Notes under the pieces: model-generated
The model's input: only the letters and a program-made list of their open reading frames with translations
Told to the model about the DNA's origin: nothing
Databases searched by the model: none
In this document: positions 21,163-31,809 of the stretch, in pieces
Position numbering within the stretch: the stretch's first letter is position 1
Layout of the letters: each line of letters begins with the position of its first letter
DNA from: Desulfobacterales bacterium
GTDB taxonomy: Bacteria; Desulfobacterota; Desulfobacteria; Desulfobacterales; UBA5616
DNA length: 64,000 nt
Assembly: GCA_046483495.1 (NCBI GenBank)
Contig: JAWODC010000064.1
Span: forward strand, 32,001 to 96,000
Direction of reading: 5' to 3'
Position numbers and translations under genes: made by a program

Positions 21163-21693
21163 TTATCCCGGAACGGTAATGCTGCTATTTTCGGACCGGC
21201 ACCCGCTGTTGTCGGGCGAAGGGCGAAGGCTCTCATAAAGGGCGATGCCGACGGCTGTGGACAGATTCAGGCACCGGATGTCACTGGTGGTCGGGATAAA
21301 AAAGGAGACATCGCCGTACGCACTCAAAATTTCATCCGGCAGCCCTCTGGTTTCAGATCCAAAAATCAAAAACATACGCCGGCCGGCCCTCATTTGCCGG
21401 AAGCTCTTTTTTCCATTTTTGGTGAAAATGCAGATTTCCCGCTTGAACGGCAACAAGTGAAGCAAGAAATCGTCAAAATTTTCCCAGACGGAAAGGTTAA
21501 CGTGTTTCCAGTAATCCAGACCTGCCCTTTTCACCTGCCGGCTGTCCAAAGAGAATCCCAACGGTCTAATCAGATGAAGCCGGGCCCCGGTACCGATACA
21601 GGTCCTGCCGATATTCCCGGTGTTCCAGTGCACTTCCGGAGAAATCAGCACAACGTGGCGTTCGAAATTTTTCAGGTTGTCATCTGGATTCAT
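21163..21693 (-). CDS. trmL: tRNA (cytidine/uridine-34-2'-O)-methyltransferase
   Basis: NTGNIGRTC, RAGLDYW, FGSETRGL and LNLS SPOUT motifs. Confidence 0.9.
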   Translation of the reverse strand: MNPDDNLKNFERHVVLISPEVHWNTGNIGRTCIGTGARLHLIRPLGFSLDSRQVKRAGLDYWKHVNLSVWENFDDFLLHLLPFKREICIFTKNGKKSFRQMRAGRRMFLIFGSETRGLPDEILSAYGDVSFFIPTTSDIRCLNLSTAVGIALYESLRPSPDNSGCRSENSSITVPG

Positions 21694-21790
21694 TCGATCC
21701 TTCTGCAATTCGATTCCAATCATATCGGCAGTCACCGTAGTTATCCCATTTTACCAAACGGCCTGCGGCCGGATACAGGAGCGGCCTTTC

Positions 21791-21934
21791 AGTGCCCATC
21801 TATAAATGGCCATTTCGCGCGATTTCTGCGTTGGACGCAAAATCGAAATCCTCAAAATAGCACACTATTCCTGCGGTTTCGATCTTGCGCCCGCCTTGAA
21901 CTCACGTGAAATTGCCTATTTCTGGATGGACACA
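21791..21934 (-). repeat. Full copy of the palindromic MITE-like element
   Basis: Imperfect terminal inverted repeats; its reverse complement matches 37852-37995 at about 131 of 144 positions (hand count). Confidence 0.9.
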
Positions 21935-21938
21935 AAGC

Positions 21939-22487
21939 TTAGAAGTTCCTTGGCTTGCAGACAATCTCCTTTATTTTCATATCGAAAAAATTCGACTGGT
22001 TCGCCGGTGCAAGAACCAGGGCGGTATCGGCTCCTTTGGCAGACCCTCCTACGGCAACGATATCTTTTCCGGTGAGAACCCCGGCATCAGCGGCCATAAT
22101 GGATACTTCCACGGCCACTTTCGTCCCCTGGCCGAAACGCTTCAATGTATCGGCGATAAGCAGAACCGGATACAAGCCGGAATGCTTCTTGGCAATGGAA
22201 CGTTCCACGCCGGATAAGGCATGAGTGGCGGAAATTACGGTGACGCCCTTGGATTCGAGATCTCTTCTTACATCGGTGGCCATCACATTTTCGAACGGCT
22301 CCCTAAACCCGCCATGATACGTCACCGCAATTAGTCGAAATCCGGAAAAGATTTCCATGGCCTTATAAGCGGTTTCCCCCGTTGTGGTAGCAAATACCGC
22401 CTCATTGAGCTCTAAATCCCTGCCCCGTTCAAATGCCGCTTTCAACGTCTGTTTCGTATTTTCCGGGCCGGGTTTTTCAAAAAACAT
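21939..22487 (-). CDS. Stand-alone pyruvate kinase C-terminal (alpha/beta) domain protein
   Basis: FEKPGPENT, HALSGVERS, FGQGTKVAVE..MAADAG and GADTA motifs. Confidence 0.75.
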   Translation of the reverse strand: MFFEKPGPENTKQTLKAAFERGRDLELNEAVFATTTGETAYKAMEIFSGFRLIAVTYHGGFREPFENVMATDVRRDLESKGVTVISATHALSGVERSIAKKHSGLYPVLLIADTLKRFGQGTKVAVEVSIMAADAGVLTGKDIVAVGGSAKGADTALVLAPANQSNFFDMKIKEIVCKPRNF

Positions 22488-22635
22488 GGCATCCTCCTTT
22501 TTTTCCGGTTCAATATCCGTGCAAGCCGCTTACTGATATCGGCTTGATTACCCAAAAATTACATTGTATAAAAAACAACCTGACAGTCAATAGATTGTAT
22601 TCATTTCTGTAAACGGGACATATACGGAGGAAGCT

Positions 22636-23514
22636 TTGATTATCGATTTTCATACGCATGTCGTTCAGCCGGACGTCCGTCACAACAGGGGCGATTATTT
22701 TTCCGATGAACCGGAATTCAAGCTGCTGTACGAATCCCCCGGTGCAAAGCTTGCCGGAGCTGAAGATACCATCGCCGCAATGGATGAAGCCGGCGTTGAC
22801 CGGTCGGTGATCTTCGGGTTTCCATGGCGAAATCCTGAAACGGTTCGGCAAAACAACGATTATGTCCTGTCGGCCGTTCAGCGATATCCCGACAGGTTGA
22901 TCGGGTTCTGCTGTGTAAACCCCGCCCGGAGAGATGCGGCGGATGAGGTAAATCGCTGCCTTCGTGCCGGCTGTGCGGGTGTCGGGGAACTGGCGTTTTA
23001 CGGCGGGGGAATCGATGCGGCCGCTCTGGAAATGCTGGCGCCCGTAATGGAAGCATGCCGGTCGCATAACGTCATTGCCCTCATCCATACCAATGAACCC
23101 ATAGGGCACATGTACCCGGGCAAAGTTCCCATGACGCTTGGCCAGATCTATGCGATGGTTAAACGGTTTAAAGAAAATAAAATCGTCTTGGCCCACTGGG
23201 GCGGCGGACTTTTTCTGTACAGCCTTTTAAAGAGGGAAGTTCGGAAGAACCTGAAGCATGTTTGGTTCGATACTGCCGCATCCCCGTTTCTATATGAACC
23301 GAAAATTTATCACATCGCGAAAAAAACCATCGGACTGGAAAAAGTCCTCTTCGGAACGGATTATCCGCTGCTTAAACCCATTCGCTATTTTAATGAAATG
23401 CGGGACGCGGGATTGACTGAACAGGAAATATCAGCCGTTTGCGGGGATAATGCTGCGGCGCTTCTGAATGGAAACCGGCCGTTTTTTTATTCAGAAAAGG
23501 CATCTTCCGACTGA
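22636..23514 (+). CDS. Amidohydrolase-2 family metal-dependent hydrolase
   Basis: IIDFHTH, GVGEL, LAHWGGG and FGTDYP motifs. Confidence 0.85.
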   Translation: MIIDFHTHVVQPDVRHNRGDYFSDEPEFKLLYESPGAKLAGAEDTIAAMDEAGVDRSVIFGFPWRNPETVRQNNDYVLSAVQRYPDRLIGFCCVNPARRDAADEVNRCLRAGCAGVGELAFYGGGIDAAALEMLAPVMEACRSHNVIALIHTNEPIGHMYPGKVPMTLGQIYAMVKRFKENKIVLAHWGGGLFLYSLLKREVRKNLKHVWFDTAASPFLYEPKIYHIAKKTIGLEKVLFGTDYPLLKPIRYFNEMRDAGLTEQEISAVCGDNAAALLNGNRPFFYSEKASSD

Positions 23515-23540
23515 ACACTTGCCGCCGGGCGCTTTCGGCA

Positions 23541-24713
23541 TCAATCCATACCGGTGATGATCTCAGTGATGTCCCGCACCTTCATCCTGTCTTCGAGACC
23601 TTCTCCCTTTAACGCGTCCTCGAGCATCGTCAAGCAGTTGGGACATGCAACGGAAAGAATCTCTGCACCGGAGGCGGCCGCTTCACGGACCCTGATCCGT
23701 GCCGGACTTTCCTCACTGCCCCCCAAAAGATCGGTATAAAAGTTCCCGGCGCCCCCACCGCAGCATAGCGCCCCCTTTTTGTTCCGGCCCATCTCCACCA
23801 GGGTCACCCCGGGCACGGAAGCGAGTACATGTCTCGGTGCGTTGTATTCCTGATTCCAGCGGCCAAGGAAACAGGGATCATGGAAAGTGATCGTTTTGTC
23901 GATGCGTGGAAATTCGCCGAGCTGTTTGCGCTTCACCAAATCAGCCAATACCTCCGTGTAGTGCAGCACCTCGAATCGGCCCCCGAATTCCGGATATCGA
24001 TTTTTAAACACGTGGTACGAATGCGGTGACAGAACGATAATTTTGCCGACCCCCAGTTCGGCAAACTGTTCGATATTTTTACGGGCGATGGATTCGAAAA
24101 GAGCGTCTTCTCCCAATAAGTCGACCTCGTTGCCGTCGGTGATTTCTTTTTCCCCCAAAACACCGAAAGATATGCCGCCTGCACTGAGGATATCCCCCAA
24201 TGCCCGGGCGGCGGACTGCGCACGGGTGTCATAGGATCCTTCACACCCGACATAAAAAAGAAATTCCTGGCCCCGGTACGGTTGAAAGTCTTTTCCTTCC
24301 ATCCACCCGGTCCGCCGTTTTGCGGATATGCCATAGGGATTGCCGTATTTTTGAACATTGTTTAAAAATTTCTTCACCATCGGCGGAAGAAGCCCCATAT
24401 CAACCATTTCAGTTTTTGCGGCGGTCACCATATTTACGATGTCGTCGCTGAAGCTCAAGGGGCATTTTTCAACACAATTTTTACAGGCGGTACAGGCGTA
24501 GACGATCTCCGCCAAATGCTCGGACCACTCCAGTTCCCCATTGACCCAGGCCCTGATCAGCCACAACCGGCCCCCGGTCGAGTAGCTCTCCAGCCGGAAC
24601 CGGGCATATGCGGGACAATTCGTAATGTCGCTCCAGTCGGTTGGGAATTTGCAGTACCCGCACCTGAAACATCGGTGGATCATATCGTGGTATTTATAGT
24701 TCGTAAGGGCCAT
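23541..24713 (-). CDS. Fe-S/CCG-domain oxidoreductase (GlpC/HdrD-like)
   Basis: CFRCGYC, CTACKNCVEKCP, HDPC, CCGGG and CPNC motifs. Confidence 0.85.
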   Translation of the reverse strand: MALTNYKYHDMIHRCFRCGYCKFPTDWSDITNCPAYARFRLESYSTGGRLWLIRAWVNGELEWSEHLAEIVYACTACKNCVEKCPLSFSDDIVNMVTAAKTEMVDMGLLPPMVKKFLNNVQKYGNPYGISAKRRTGWMEGKDFQPYRGQEFLFYVGCEGSYDTRAQSAARALGDILSAGGISFGVLGEKEITDGNEVDLLGEDALFESIARKNIEQFAELGVGKIIVLSPHSYHVFKNRYPEFGGRFEVLHYTEVLADLVKRKQLGEFPRIDKTITFHDPCFLGRWNQEYNAPRHVLASVPGVTLVEMGRNKKGALCCGGGAGNFYTDLLGGSEESPARIRVREAAASGAEILSVACPNCLTMLEDALKGEGLEDRMKVRDITEIITGMD

Positions 24714-26071
24714 TATTTCACCTCCCAGTTTCCAGGGTTCATGATGCCGTTGGGATCGAGCAGATGCTTTACTTTTTTCATCAGCGCAAGCGTATTGGGA
24801 TCCATGCCCTTCATCATCAGTTCCTGGCCGAAGACCGCAGGTTTCCAGATAACGCCTCCAAGTTCCATCACCAGTTCATCGGTTTCATGTAAGGCTTCAC
24901 GGGCATGGCGGACGGTTTCGTCGTCAGCACGGTTGAAGGCGTATGACCAGGAAAACATCATGGCATGGGCGCATCCGATGACACGGCCCAGAATTGTATA
25001 TGGTATGAAATGACGTGTGGATATTTCGGCACCCCGGCGGTAGCATTCCGGGTAAGCCGAGACCGGCACGATCGATCCGACATACTCGAATCCGCCCCCT
25101 TTTTTCCAGTCGGAGGATTTGCTTACCTGAGGCCGCTGTATCTCCTGGGAGACTGCCGCAATACCGCCTTTGCCGGATTCGATATAGGGTGCAAGCTTGA
25201 CATCGAATATCAGCTGCCGTTTCAGTTCCATCTCCTCTTTCGAGTCCCCGCTTATGTTGATGCTGATGTGGTGCAGCCGGTCGGAAAACGGAGGAATGGC
25301 CGCACTGAATGCCACCAGGTCCTCGGTCATGCCTAGGTGGGACAATTCAAAAAGAATCTCCGGAACGAGTGCTTCGTCTTCCACGACAAAAATATCCGTA
25401 TCGCGGATCTTCTTATAGGGAAACAGCTTCAACGACACTTTCGTGATGATTCCAGTAGCACCGTTCCAGCCTAAGAACAGTCCGATGTCCGGCAGGGGAT
25501 GAAGCGTGAACCAGTCGGCGCCGACCGCACAGCTCCCGAAAGTGCAGATCTCTCCCGTGGGGAGGACGACTTCCATCCCATTGATCATATCGGTGTTGAA
25601 TCCGTAAGGATGGGCCAAATCCCCCTGGCCATGAATGGCCAAATTGCCGCCAATCGTGGCTGCCGGAGGTGCGCCGGGTTCTGAGTGCATGAGGTTGGGA
25701 TGGTGCTTGTGCAGGTAGGCGGTCAGCTTTCCATGGGAAGCTCCGGCTTCAACCACGGCGTATCGGGCTTTTTCGTTAACCTCGAGAATGCCGTCCATAC
25801 GTTTTAAATCCACAGCGATACCGCCTTTGAGCGGGAGAGCCAGTCCGGCGAGAGACATTCCCCCGCCCAGTGGAACAACAGGGATATTTGCCTCGTTGGC
25901 CAGTTTAAGGATGCGGCTGACCTGTTCGGCGGATTTCGGCGCAGCCACATAATCCGGCCACATAGGCTCGGATGTTCCCAGGTCCTTGGAATAGGTAAAG
26001 AGTTCCTCCCGCTGTTGTGACGCATACCCATCCCCGACAATCTCCACGATCGCGCGATACGTTTTATCCAT
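24713..26071 (-). CDS. FAD-linked oxidoreductase, GlcD/D-lactate dehydrogenase fold
   Basis: PLGGGMSL, ATIGGN, GIITKV and LDPNGIMNPG motifs. Confidence 0.85.
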   Translation of the reverse strand: MDKTYRAIVEIVGDGYASQQREELFTYSKDLGTSEPMWPDYVAAPKSAEQVSRILKLANEANIPVVPLGGGMSLAGLALPLKGGIAVDLKRMDGILEVNEKARYAVVEAGASHGKLTAYLHKHHPNLMHSEPGAPPAATIGGNLAIHGQGDLAHPYGFNTDMINGMEVVLPTGEICTFGSCAVGADWFTLHPLPDIGLFLGWNGATGIITKVSLKLFPYKKIRDTDIFVVEDEALVPEILFELSHLGMTEDLVAFSAAIPPFSDRLHHISINISGDSKEEMELKRQLIFDVKLAPYIESGKGGIAAVSQEIQRPQVSKSSDWKKGGGFEYVGSIVPVSAYPECYRRGAEISTRHFIPYTILGRVIGCAHAMMFSWSYAFNRADDETVRHAREALHETDELVMELGGVIWKPAVFGQELMMKGMDPNTLALMKKVKHLLDPNGIMNPGNWEVK

Positions 26072-26073
26072 TA

Positions 26074-27123
26074 TTAACTCCCTCCACTTGCTTTTTCACC
26101 GATGGCGAGTCTGCACAAATCGCTCATAAACAGGGGCAAAATTCCGTTTTCAGCAACCTTTTTGCCCAGCGTTTCCACGCAAGCCGGGCAGTTGAAAACG
26201 CATATTTGCGCCCCGGCTTCTTTCATATCGTCGATATTTTTTTCCTGAAGCTCCATTGCCAATCGTCGGCTTCCTTTTCGTTTCTGACCCAGTATGGTCC
26301 CGCCGCAGCAAAGCGCGTTTTCGCCAATGTACTTGCGCTGAACATGCTCGACGCCGATAAGGTCGAAAATCCTGTCAACGAACACATACTTGTCCGAAGA
26401 CAATCTCGAGGAGCAGGGCCGCTGATAAGCAACCTTGAGGTGCAGCGGCTTGATCTCATCTTTCAATTCGACCAGCCGGTGATAAAGATACTCGAACAAA
26501 TGAATGGACGTAAAAGGCACCTCGATGCCGAAAGCCGGTGCATAGTGGGCGTAGGTTCCATAGCACTCGTCATGAAAGTGAACCACCTCTTTAACCTTAT
26601 GCGCGGCAATCGTCTCGATAACTTTTTCCAGCCGTTCGTTAATAACGGAAGTCCTGGCAAAGTGCAGGTACATGAGTTGGCAGAAATAATGAAACATCTT
26701 TCGGGGATCGGTTGACATCAAGGTGAGGTTTTCGAAAAGGCGCCCCTGCGTGAATCCGGCCAGGTTGCTGAACACGCCCAGATTGAGTGCCGTCCCGCGG
26801 ATTTCGGAAATCTCCGGCTCACCGCGAAACGGTATGCCGACCTGCACCCCGCGCTTCACCAGGGGATCCGGCAATGGGGGCACATTCAATTCCTCCTGGC
26901 GTTGAACGATCAGGTAAAAAGGGTGATTACCCCTTTGGCAGTATTCTTCACACGCATAGCAGGTCACACATTCGTGAAGGACAAAAGAGTCTTCTTTGTT
27001 GATGATTTTTTGGATTTCGACTTTTGCCTCAGCCGCATCGATGGAAATGTATTGGCATTTCGTCAGACAGTCATTGGTTTCACATTCCAGGCATTTATTT
27101 TCGTCAAATTTCAATGTAATCAT
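26074..27123 (-). CDS. Fe-S/CCG-domain protein
   Basis: CLECETNDCLTKC, CVTCYACEEYC, RPC, CCGG and CPAC motifs. Confidence 0.8.
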   Translation of the reverse strand: MITLKFDENKCLECETNDCLTKCQYISIDAAEAKVEIQKIINKEDSFVLHECVTCYACEEYCQRGNHPFYLIVQRQEELNVPPLPDPLVKRGVQVGIPFRGEPEISEIRGTALNLGVFSNLAGFTQGRLFENLTLMSTDPRKMFHYFCQLMYLHFARTSVINERLEKVIETIAAHKVKEVVHFHDECYGTYAHYAPAFGIEVPFTSIHLFEYLYHRLVELKDEIKPLHLKVAYQRPCSSRLSSDKYVFVDRIFDLIGVEHVQRKYIGENALCCGGTILGQKRKGSRRLAMELQEKNIDDMKEAGAQICVFNCPACVETLGKKVAENGILPLFMSDLCRLAIGEKASGGS

Positions 27124-27309
27124 GAACGAACCTCCTAATGGACGCTGTTTACGGTCATTGATCCCCCGGATTCAGGGCGAATCCAACGTTCCTGACCCCA
27201 CACCGTTCCGGCTGCCGAAGCAATGATCCGCGGATGTCCTTTTCGGCGTCGGCGGCACTTTAAAGAGAGAGGTCGAACTGCAGCACCCTTGTGTCGGCAA
27301 CGGTGCGGT

Positions 27310-28236
27310 TCAATCCAGGTCAAGTAAATTTTTGGCATTCCCCCCGAGGATGGCGGAAACTTCCGCATGGGAGAAGGATATCCCGTGGGGAGCTTTTTCC
27401 GGCAGATCCCGAATCAGGGCGATCCAATCCCCGGCGGGACGAATGACTCTCATAATGGGATCGTCCGTGGCGAAAAGAATCTTTTCAACACCCACAAAGT
27501 CGATGATATCACGAAGTTCCCGACAAAAAAGATCGTATTTTGCGATCGCATATGTATCCCACATGGCCAGATCACCGTATAAGTTCGGCTGGTGAGTCGC
27601 CAGCGAGGCCCATGACCGCCAGTTGATCAGCCCCATGTGCGCGGCAATCACCCTTACTTCAGGAAAATCCACCCCGATATCCGCCAGTCGCATCGGTTCG
27701 GCAAAGTGGGCTCGTGACGGCGGCCCCAATGGTCCGGTATGGGAGAGAAGAATGCCGTTCTCGGCAGCTAAAATCTCGAGCAGTCGGTAGGATTCACGGC
27801 CGGCCGGATCATATCCGTAATCGGCGTGATATTTGAGCCCTTTCATACCGAACGCTTCAAAGCATTTTTTGAGCAGGTCGGGAGCGTTCGGACGCCTCGG
27901 ATCCACACCGGCCAATGCCATGACCCGTTTGGGATATTTCTGCGCAACGGCGGCGACCATTTGGTTTTGCATGAGCATCATTTCTTCGGTGATATGGCCG
28001 CTGTCCGAGTTGTCGACGGCACAGACAACGGTAAAATCGATGCCGGCGGCATCCATCGCGGCGATGAGTTTGTCGCCATCCGGGTCGGACCAGTATTCCG
28101 TCGCTTTCGCCGTGAGGTCGGCCATATCCACGTTCATGCCGATAAGCTTGGCCGATCGAATCGGATCTTTCAGCACTTCAGATATCAGTTCTTCAGGAAT
28201 AAAGGGAATCTGGTGGTAATGAACATCGACAATCAT
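27310..28236 (-). CDS. Amidohydrolase-2 family protein
   Basis: IVDVHYH, HTG, AAHMG and FATDDP motifs; GGAGG RBS. Confidence 0.82.
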   Translation of the reverse strand: MIVDVHYHQIPFIPEELISEVLKDPIRSAKLIGMNVDMADLTAKATEYWSDPDGDKLIAAMDAAGIDFTVVCAVDNSDSGHITEEMMLMQNQMVAAVAQKYPKRVMALAGVDPRRPNAPDLLKKCFEAFGMKGLKYHADYGYDPAGRESYRLLEILAAENGILLSHTGPLGPPSRAHFAEPMRLADIGVDFPEVRVIAAHMGLINWRSWASLATHQPNLYGDLAMWDTYAIAKYDLFCRELRDIIDFVGVEKILFATDDPIMRVIRPAGDWIALIRDLPEKAPHGISFSHAEVSAILGGNAKNLLDLD

Positions 28237-28393
28237 GGGGTTACCTCCGGAAGAGGATTGCAGGTTCACATTTCGGGGTTCACCGCCGCGGTTTGGGCAT
28301 GAGAGAAATCGAGGCCCGGCTACGGCGTCTTGGCAAGCGTTTTTTGAACCATACCACAACCAATTAAAAGATCAAGCAATTAAACATCAGCCG

Positions 28394-28434
28394 TATGCGT
28401 CGAATTTGACAAGACACGCATAATCACATAGCAT
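28394..28434 (+). promoter_or_regulatory. Sigma70 promoter with overlapping operator-like inverted repeat
   Basis: TTGACA(28406)-N17-TAGCAT; TATGCGT-N15-ACGCATA brackets the -35 box. Confidence 0.55.
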
Positions 28435-28462
28435 GTAGACAGCCGATCACAAGGAGACGATT

Positions 28463-29209
28463 ATGGCAAACGGCAATATCCATACGGAGAGATTCACGCT
28501 TGTGAGCGAGGGGCTTCGTTTAAAAGGTTTTTGGGCCCGGCCTCGAGATGCAGCCGGACCTCTGGCGACCGTGCAGGTGCATCACGGCGGAGGGGGATAT
28601 GAAACGGTGTATGAAGACATGGCCGTCGAATACGCCCGCGAAGGCATGGTCGGGGTTACGCTGATTCATCGGGGCTATGCCGGATCCGAAGGAGAAATGG
28701 AGTATGGCAAAGGTGAAATACGGGATATAAAAAACCTTACCGACAAACTGATCGAACAGCCGTTTGTGGACCCCTTACGGCTGGGGATCATGGGATACTC
28801 CAGAGGAGGCCACAACGCCGTTTTGGCAATTGAACACATCGGCCGTTTCGCCGCCGGCGCGCTGTGGAGTACGCCTGTGGACATGAGGGAATTGATCCGT
28901 TCCGTTCCCTGGGTCTCCCGGATTATCGGCGGGTCATGCGACGATATACCCCACGAATACGATATCCGGTCTTCGATCAACTATGTAGACAAAATCACCT
29001 GCCCGTTGCTTATCCTGCACGGCGAACAGGACGATGTCGTTTCGGTTGAGCATGCCGTAAGGCTGGCCCGTGCACTGGAAGCACGTCACAAGCCGTACGA
29101 GTTGACCCTCTTCCCGGGTGAAGGCCATAACTGGACGCTTAGAGGATTTGAGAACAACCGCCGAATGACAACGGCCTTCTTCAAACGCTGTCTACGTGTC
29201 GAAGGATAA
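28463..29209 (+). CDS. Alpha/beta hydrolase (S9 peptidase-like)
   Basis: GYSRGG nucleophile elbow, HGEQDDVV, GEGH. Confidence 0.85.
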   Translation: MANGNIHTERFTLVSEGLRLKGFWARPRDAAGPLATVQVHHGGGGYETVYEDMAVEYAREGMVGVTLIHRGYAGSEGEMEYGKGEIRDIKNLTDKLIEQPFVDPLRLGIMGYSRGGHNAVLAIEHIGRFAAGALWSTPVDMRELIRSVPWVSRIIGGSCDDIPHEYDIRSSINYVDKITCPLLILHGEQDDVVSVEHAVRLARALEARHKPYELTLFPGEGHNWTLRGFENNRRMTTAFFKRCLRVEG

Positions 29210-29938
29210 GATCCGCGACACAAACGCCGGCTTTCCGCTCGTCTCGTTTTTGCCCATGATGTCCCACAAGCCCCTCTCCTGATGGGACTCGATGACGAGC
29301 TCCACCTCATCCTTTTCAAATATCTCCGAAAGATAAGTCATTTGCAGGTGCCGAACCCGCCTCGGCCTCTCGGATATCAGGTGATGTGCATCGACGGCCC
29401 ACCTGACACATTCCGTATTGTTTACATGACCGTTTGCGTCCAGTGAACTGTACAATACGGGGAATCGATGGACGGAGTTTCCCGAAAGCAAGGGTTTGAG
29501 GCGGTTTAATTTGTCTGCGAAGACGGTCTCGGCCGATGCGGGGATATTCAAATCGAAAGCGGTAAGCTTCATCGGTTTTCGATTTTCTGTATGCATGATA
29601 AGCCATTCCGAACCGGCTTTCAGCAGTTTTTTCCCATCCTTGAGCGATACGGCGAATTCTCTTTGGGCGATAAGCCGGTTTTGCAGGCTGGGCCATGTTC
29701 TGACTTCAAAAACATCGGAATAAACGGGAAAGTCATACACCGCCATTTTGATGTTATACAGCACCCAGCACGAATGTGAATGCTTAAGAACCGCTGCACC
29801 ACAGCCCAGCGCCTCGGCATGAGACACAGCCGTCTCCTGGAGATATTTCACCATGGCATGCAAATGAATTCTACCGTCAGGCCGGCATTCATGCGATTTC
29901 ACTGAATAGGAATACGAAAGTATACAATGCCTTTTCAT
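29192..29938 (-). CDS. Acyl-ACP/acyl-CoA thioesterase (FatA/B-like double hotdog)
   Basis: YLQETA..HA, VRTWP and LDANGHVNN motifs. Confidence 0.8.
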   Translation of the reverse strand: MKRHCILSYSYSVKSHECRPDGRIHLHAMVKYLQETAVSHAEALGCGAAVLKHSHSCWVLYNIKMAVYDFPVYSDVFEVRTWPSLQNRLIAQREFAVSLKDGKKLLKAGSEWLIMHTENRKPMKLTAFDLNIPASAETVFADKLNRLKPLLSGNSVHRFPVLYSSLDANGHVNNTECVRWAVDAHHLISERPRRVRHLQMTYLSEIFEKDEVELVIESHQERGLWDIMGKNETSGKPAFVSRILSFDT

Positions 29939-30464
29939 GGTTCAGGTCCGCGACAAAATGAACGCGGCTTTCGTTTTTTCATCGAAGGACCGAGCGGCTT
30001 GGCCGTTTGCCGGCTCGGGTGACCCAAACCTACCACATGTCATCGAGATACAAAACAAAAATTCCATTTCCAGCTTCGGGCTCATGGTGCAACAGTTCAG
30101 GCATCATTATATGTCGAACGGCCCAAACCGTGTTGTCATGAAGACCGATCGTTAAATCAATAACGCTTGACACATTAAACGAAGACTCCTATATCTTTTC
30201 ATTGGAAATCTAAGGGCTTTCTCGATGCATGGTTTTCCGAACGGATGGATATCGTCCGGTGCACGAAAACTTCCGGGTTTCAGCCCTCATAAGCGGAAGA
30301 ACGGTAAATCCCATGTTCTTTTTACAACATTCCGACACTTTAAAATACCCGTTTACAGCATCAGGTGTGCATAGGCTCGAACATAGCCGCCGCAACCGAA
30401 TCGATGGGCAACCGCAGGCCGTTTGCATTAGACGGCATATAACCTTTAGCGGAAGGAGGCCAGA

Positions 30465-31730
30465 ATGGACTTTGATATTCCAAAAGAAATCGCCGATTAC
30501 CTGAATGAACTGGACGAATTCATTGAACGTGAAATCAAGCCCTTAGAACGTCAGGATGACAATATCCGCTTTTTCGACTACCGGCGGGAAAATGAACGCA
30601 CGGACTGGGACAGGGGCGGTCTGCCCAGCGAAAATTGGGAGGCCTTGCTGGCGGAAGCCCGGCGGCGGGCCGATGCCGCAGGGCATTACCGATATCCCTT
30701 CCCGGAAGAATACGGCGGCAGGAACGGGACCAATCTCGGCATGGCCATCATTCGTGAACATCTCGCTGCCAAGGGTCTGGGGCTTCACAACGATCTTCAA
30801 AACGAGCACTCCATCGTAGGCAACAATGTGGGGCTGCTCCTGATGATCGAATACGGCACCGAATCCCAGAAAGAAAAATGGATCGACGATCTGGCCGATG
30901 GAAAAACCGCCTTCGCTTTCGGCATAACCGAACCCAACCATGGTTCGGATGCAACTCATATGGAAACCGTTGCCGTCAGAGACGGTGACGACTGGGTCAT
31001 CAATGGAGAAAAAACCTGGAACACCGGCGTTCACAGGGCTCCCTACGATCTGGTGTTCGCCCGCACAAGCGGAAAAGCCGGAGATGCAAAAGGCATCACG
31101 GCGTTTTTAACACCGATGAATGCCCCCGGGGTCAAGGTGGAACAGATGCTCTGGACGTTCAACATGCCGACCGACCACGGGCACGTATCGTTTACGGATG
31201 TTCGGGTCCCGGATGACGCCATTTTCGGCGGAGAAGGCCGTGGACTGATGGTGGTGCAGCATTTTTTCAACGAAAACCGCATTCGTCAGGCCGCATCCAG
31301 TCTGGGAGCCGCCCAGTACTGCATCAACGAGTCGGTCAAATATGCCAAGGAACGAAAACCTTTCGGCAAACCCCTTGCCGTGAACCAGGGGATTCAATTT
31401 CCCTTGGTCGAGCTGCAGACCCAATGCGAGATGGTCCGGGCGCTGATTCATAAGACCGCCTGGATGATGGATAAATACGGGGCCTTTTCAGTATCGGACA
31501 AGGTCTCCATGTGCAACTACTGGGCCAACCGGCTTTGCTGCCAAGCGGCGGACACCGCCATGCAGGTGCACGGCGGTATCGGGTATTCCCGGTACAAACC
31601 GTTTGAGCATATCTACCGGCATCATCGGCGCTACCGAATCACCGAAGGCGCGGAGGAAATCCAAATGCGTCGGGTTGCCGGTTACATGTTCGGCTTTATG
31701 AAACAGCAAAAACCAAAAGGCGTGGAGTAG
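30465..31730 (+). CDS. Acyl-CoA dehydrogenase
   Basis: FGITEPNHGSD, INGEKTW, QVHGGIG and RITEGAEEIQ motifs. Confidence 0.93.
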   Translation: MDFDIPKEIADYLNELDEFIEREIKPLERQDDNIRFFDYRRENERTDWDRGGLPSENWEALLAEARRRADAAGHYRYPFPEEYGGRNGTNLGMAIIREHLAAKGLGLHNDLQNEHSIVGNNVGLLLMIEYGTESQKEKWIDDLADGKTAFAFGITEPNHGSDATHMETVAVRDGDDWVINGEKTWNTGVHRAPYDLVFARTSGKAGDAKGITAFLTPMNAPGVKVEQMLWTFNMPTDHGHVSFTDVRVPDDAIFGGEGRGLMVVQHFFNENRIRQAASSLGAAQYCINESVKYAKERKPFGKPLAVNQGIQFPLVELQTQCEMVRALIHKTAWMMDKYGAFSVSDKVSMCNYWANRLCCQAADTAMQVHGGIGYSRYKPFEHIYRHHRRYRITEGAEEIQMRRVAGYMFGFMKQQKPKGVE

Positions 31731-31809
31731 ATCTTTACATGAATGAATCGGCCGAATAAAAGGGGCCCGGTTAACCGGGGATGCCGTTGTGTTTACGAGG
31801 ATGAAATAA

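Noticed and set aside
30167..30464. Long leader or ncRNA upstream of the acyl-CoA dehydrogenase
   Set aside because: TTGACA is present but the -10 box is weak, and no convincing structure or terminator was found by eye
31766..31779. Perfect palindrome CCCGGTTAACCGGG between the dehydrogenase and kinase genes
   Set aside because: Single short occurrence with no U tract; may be chance or a minor stability hairpin
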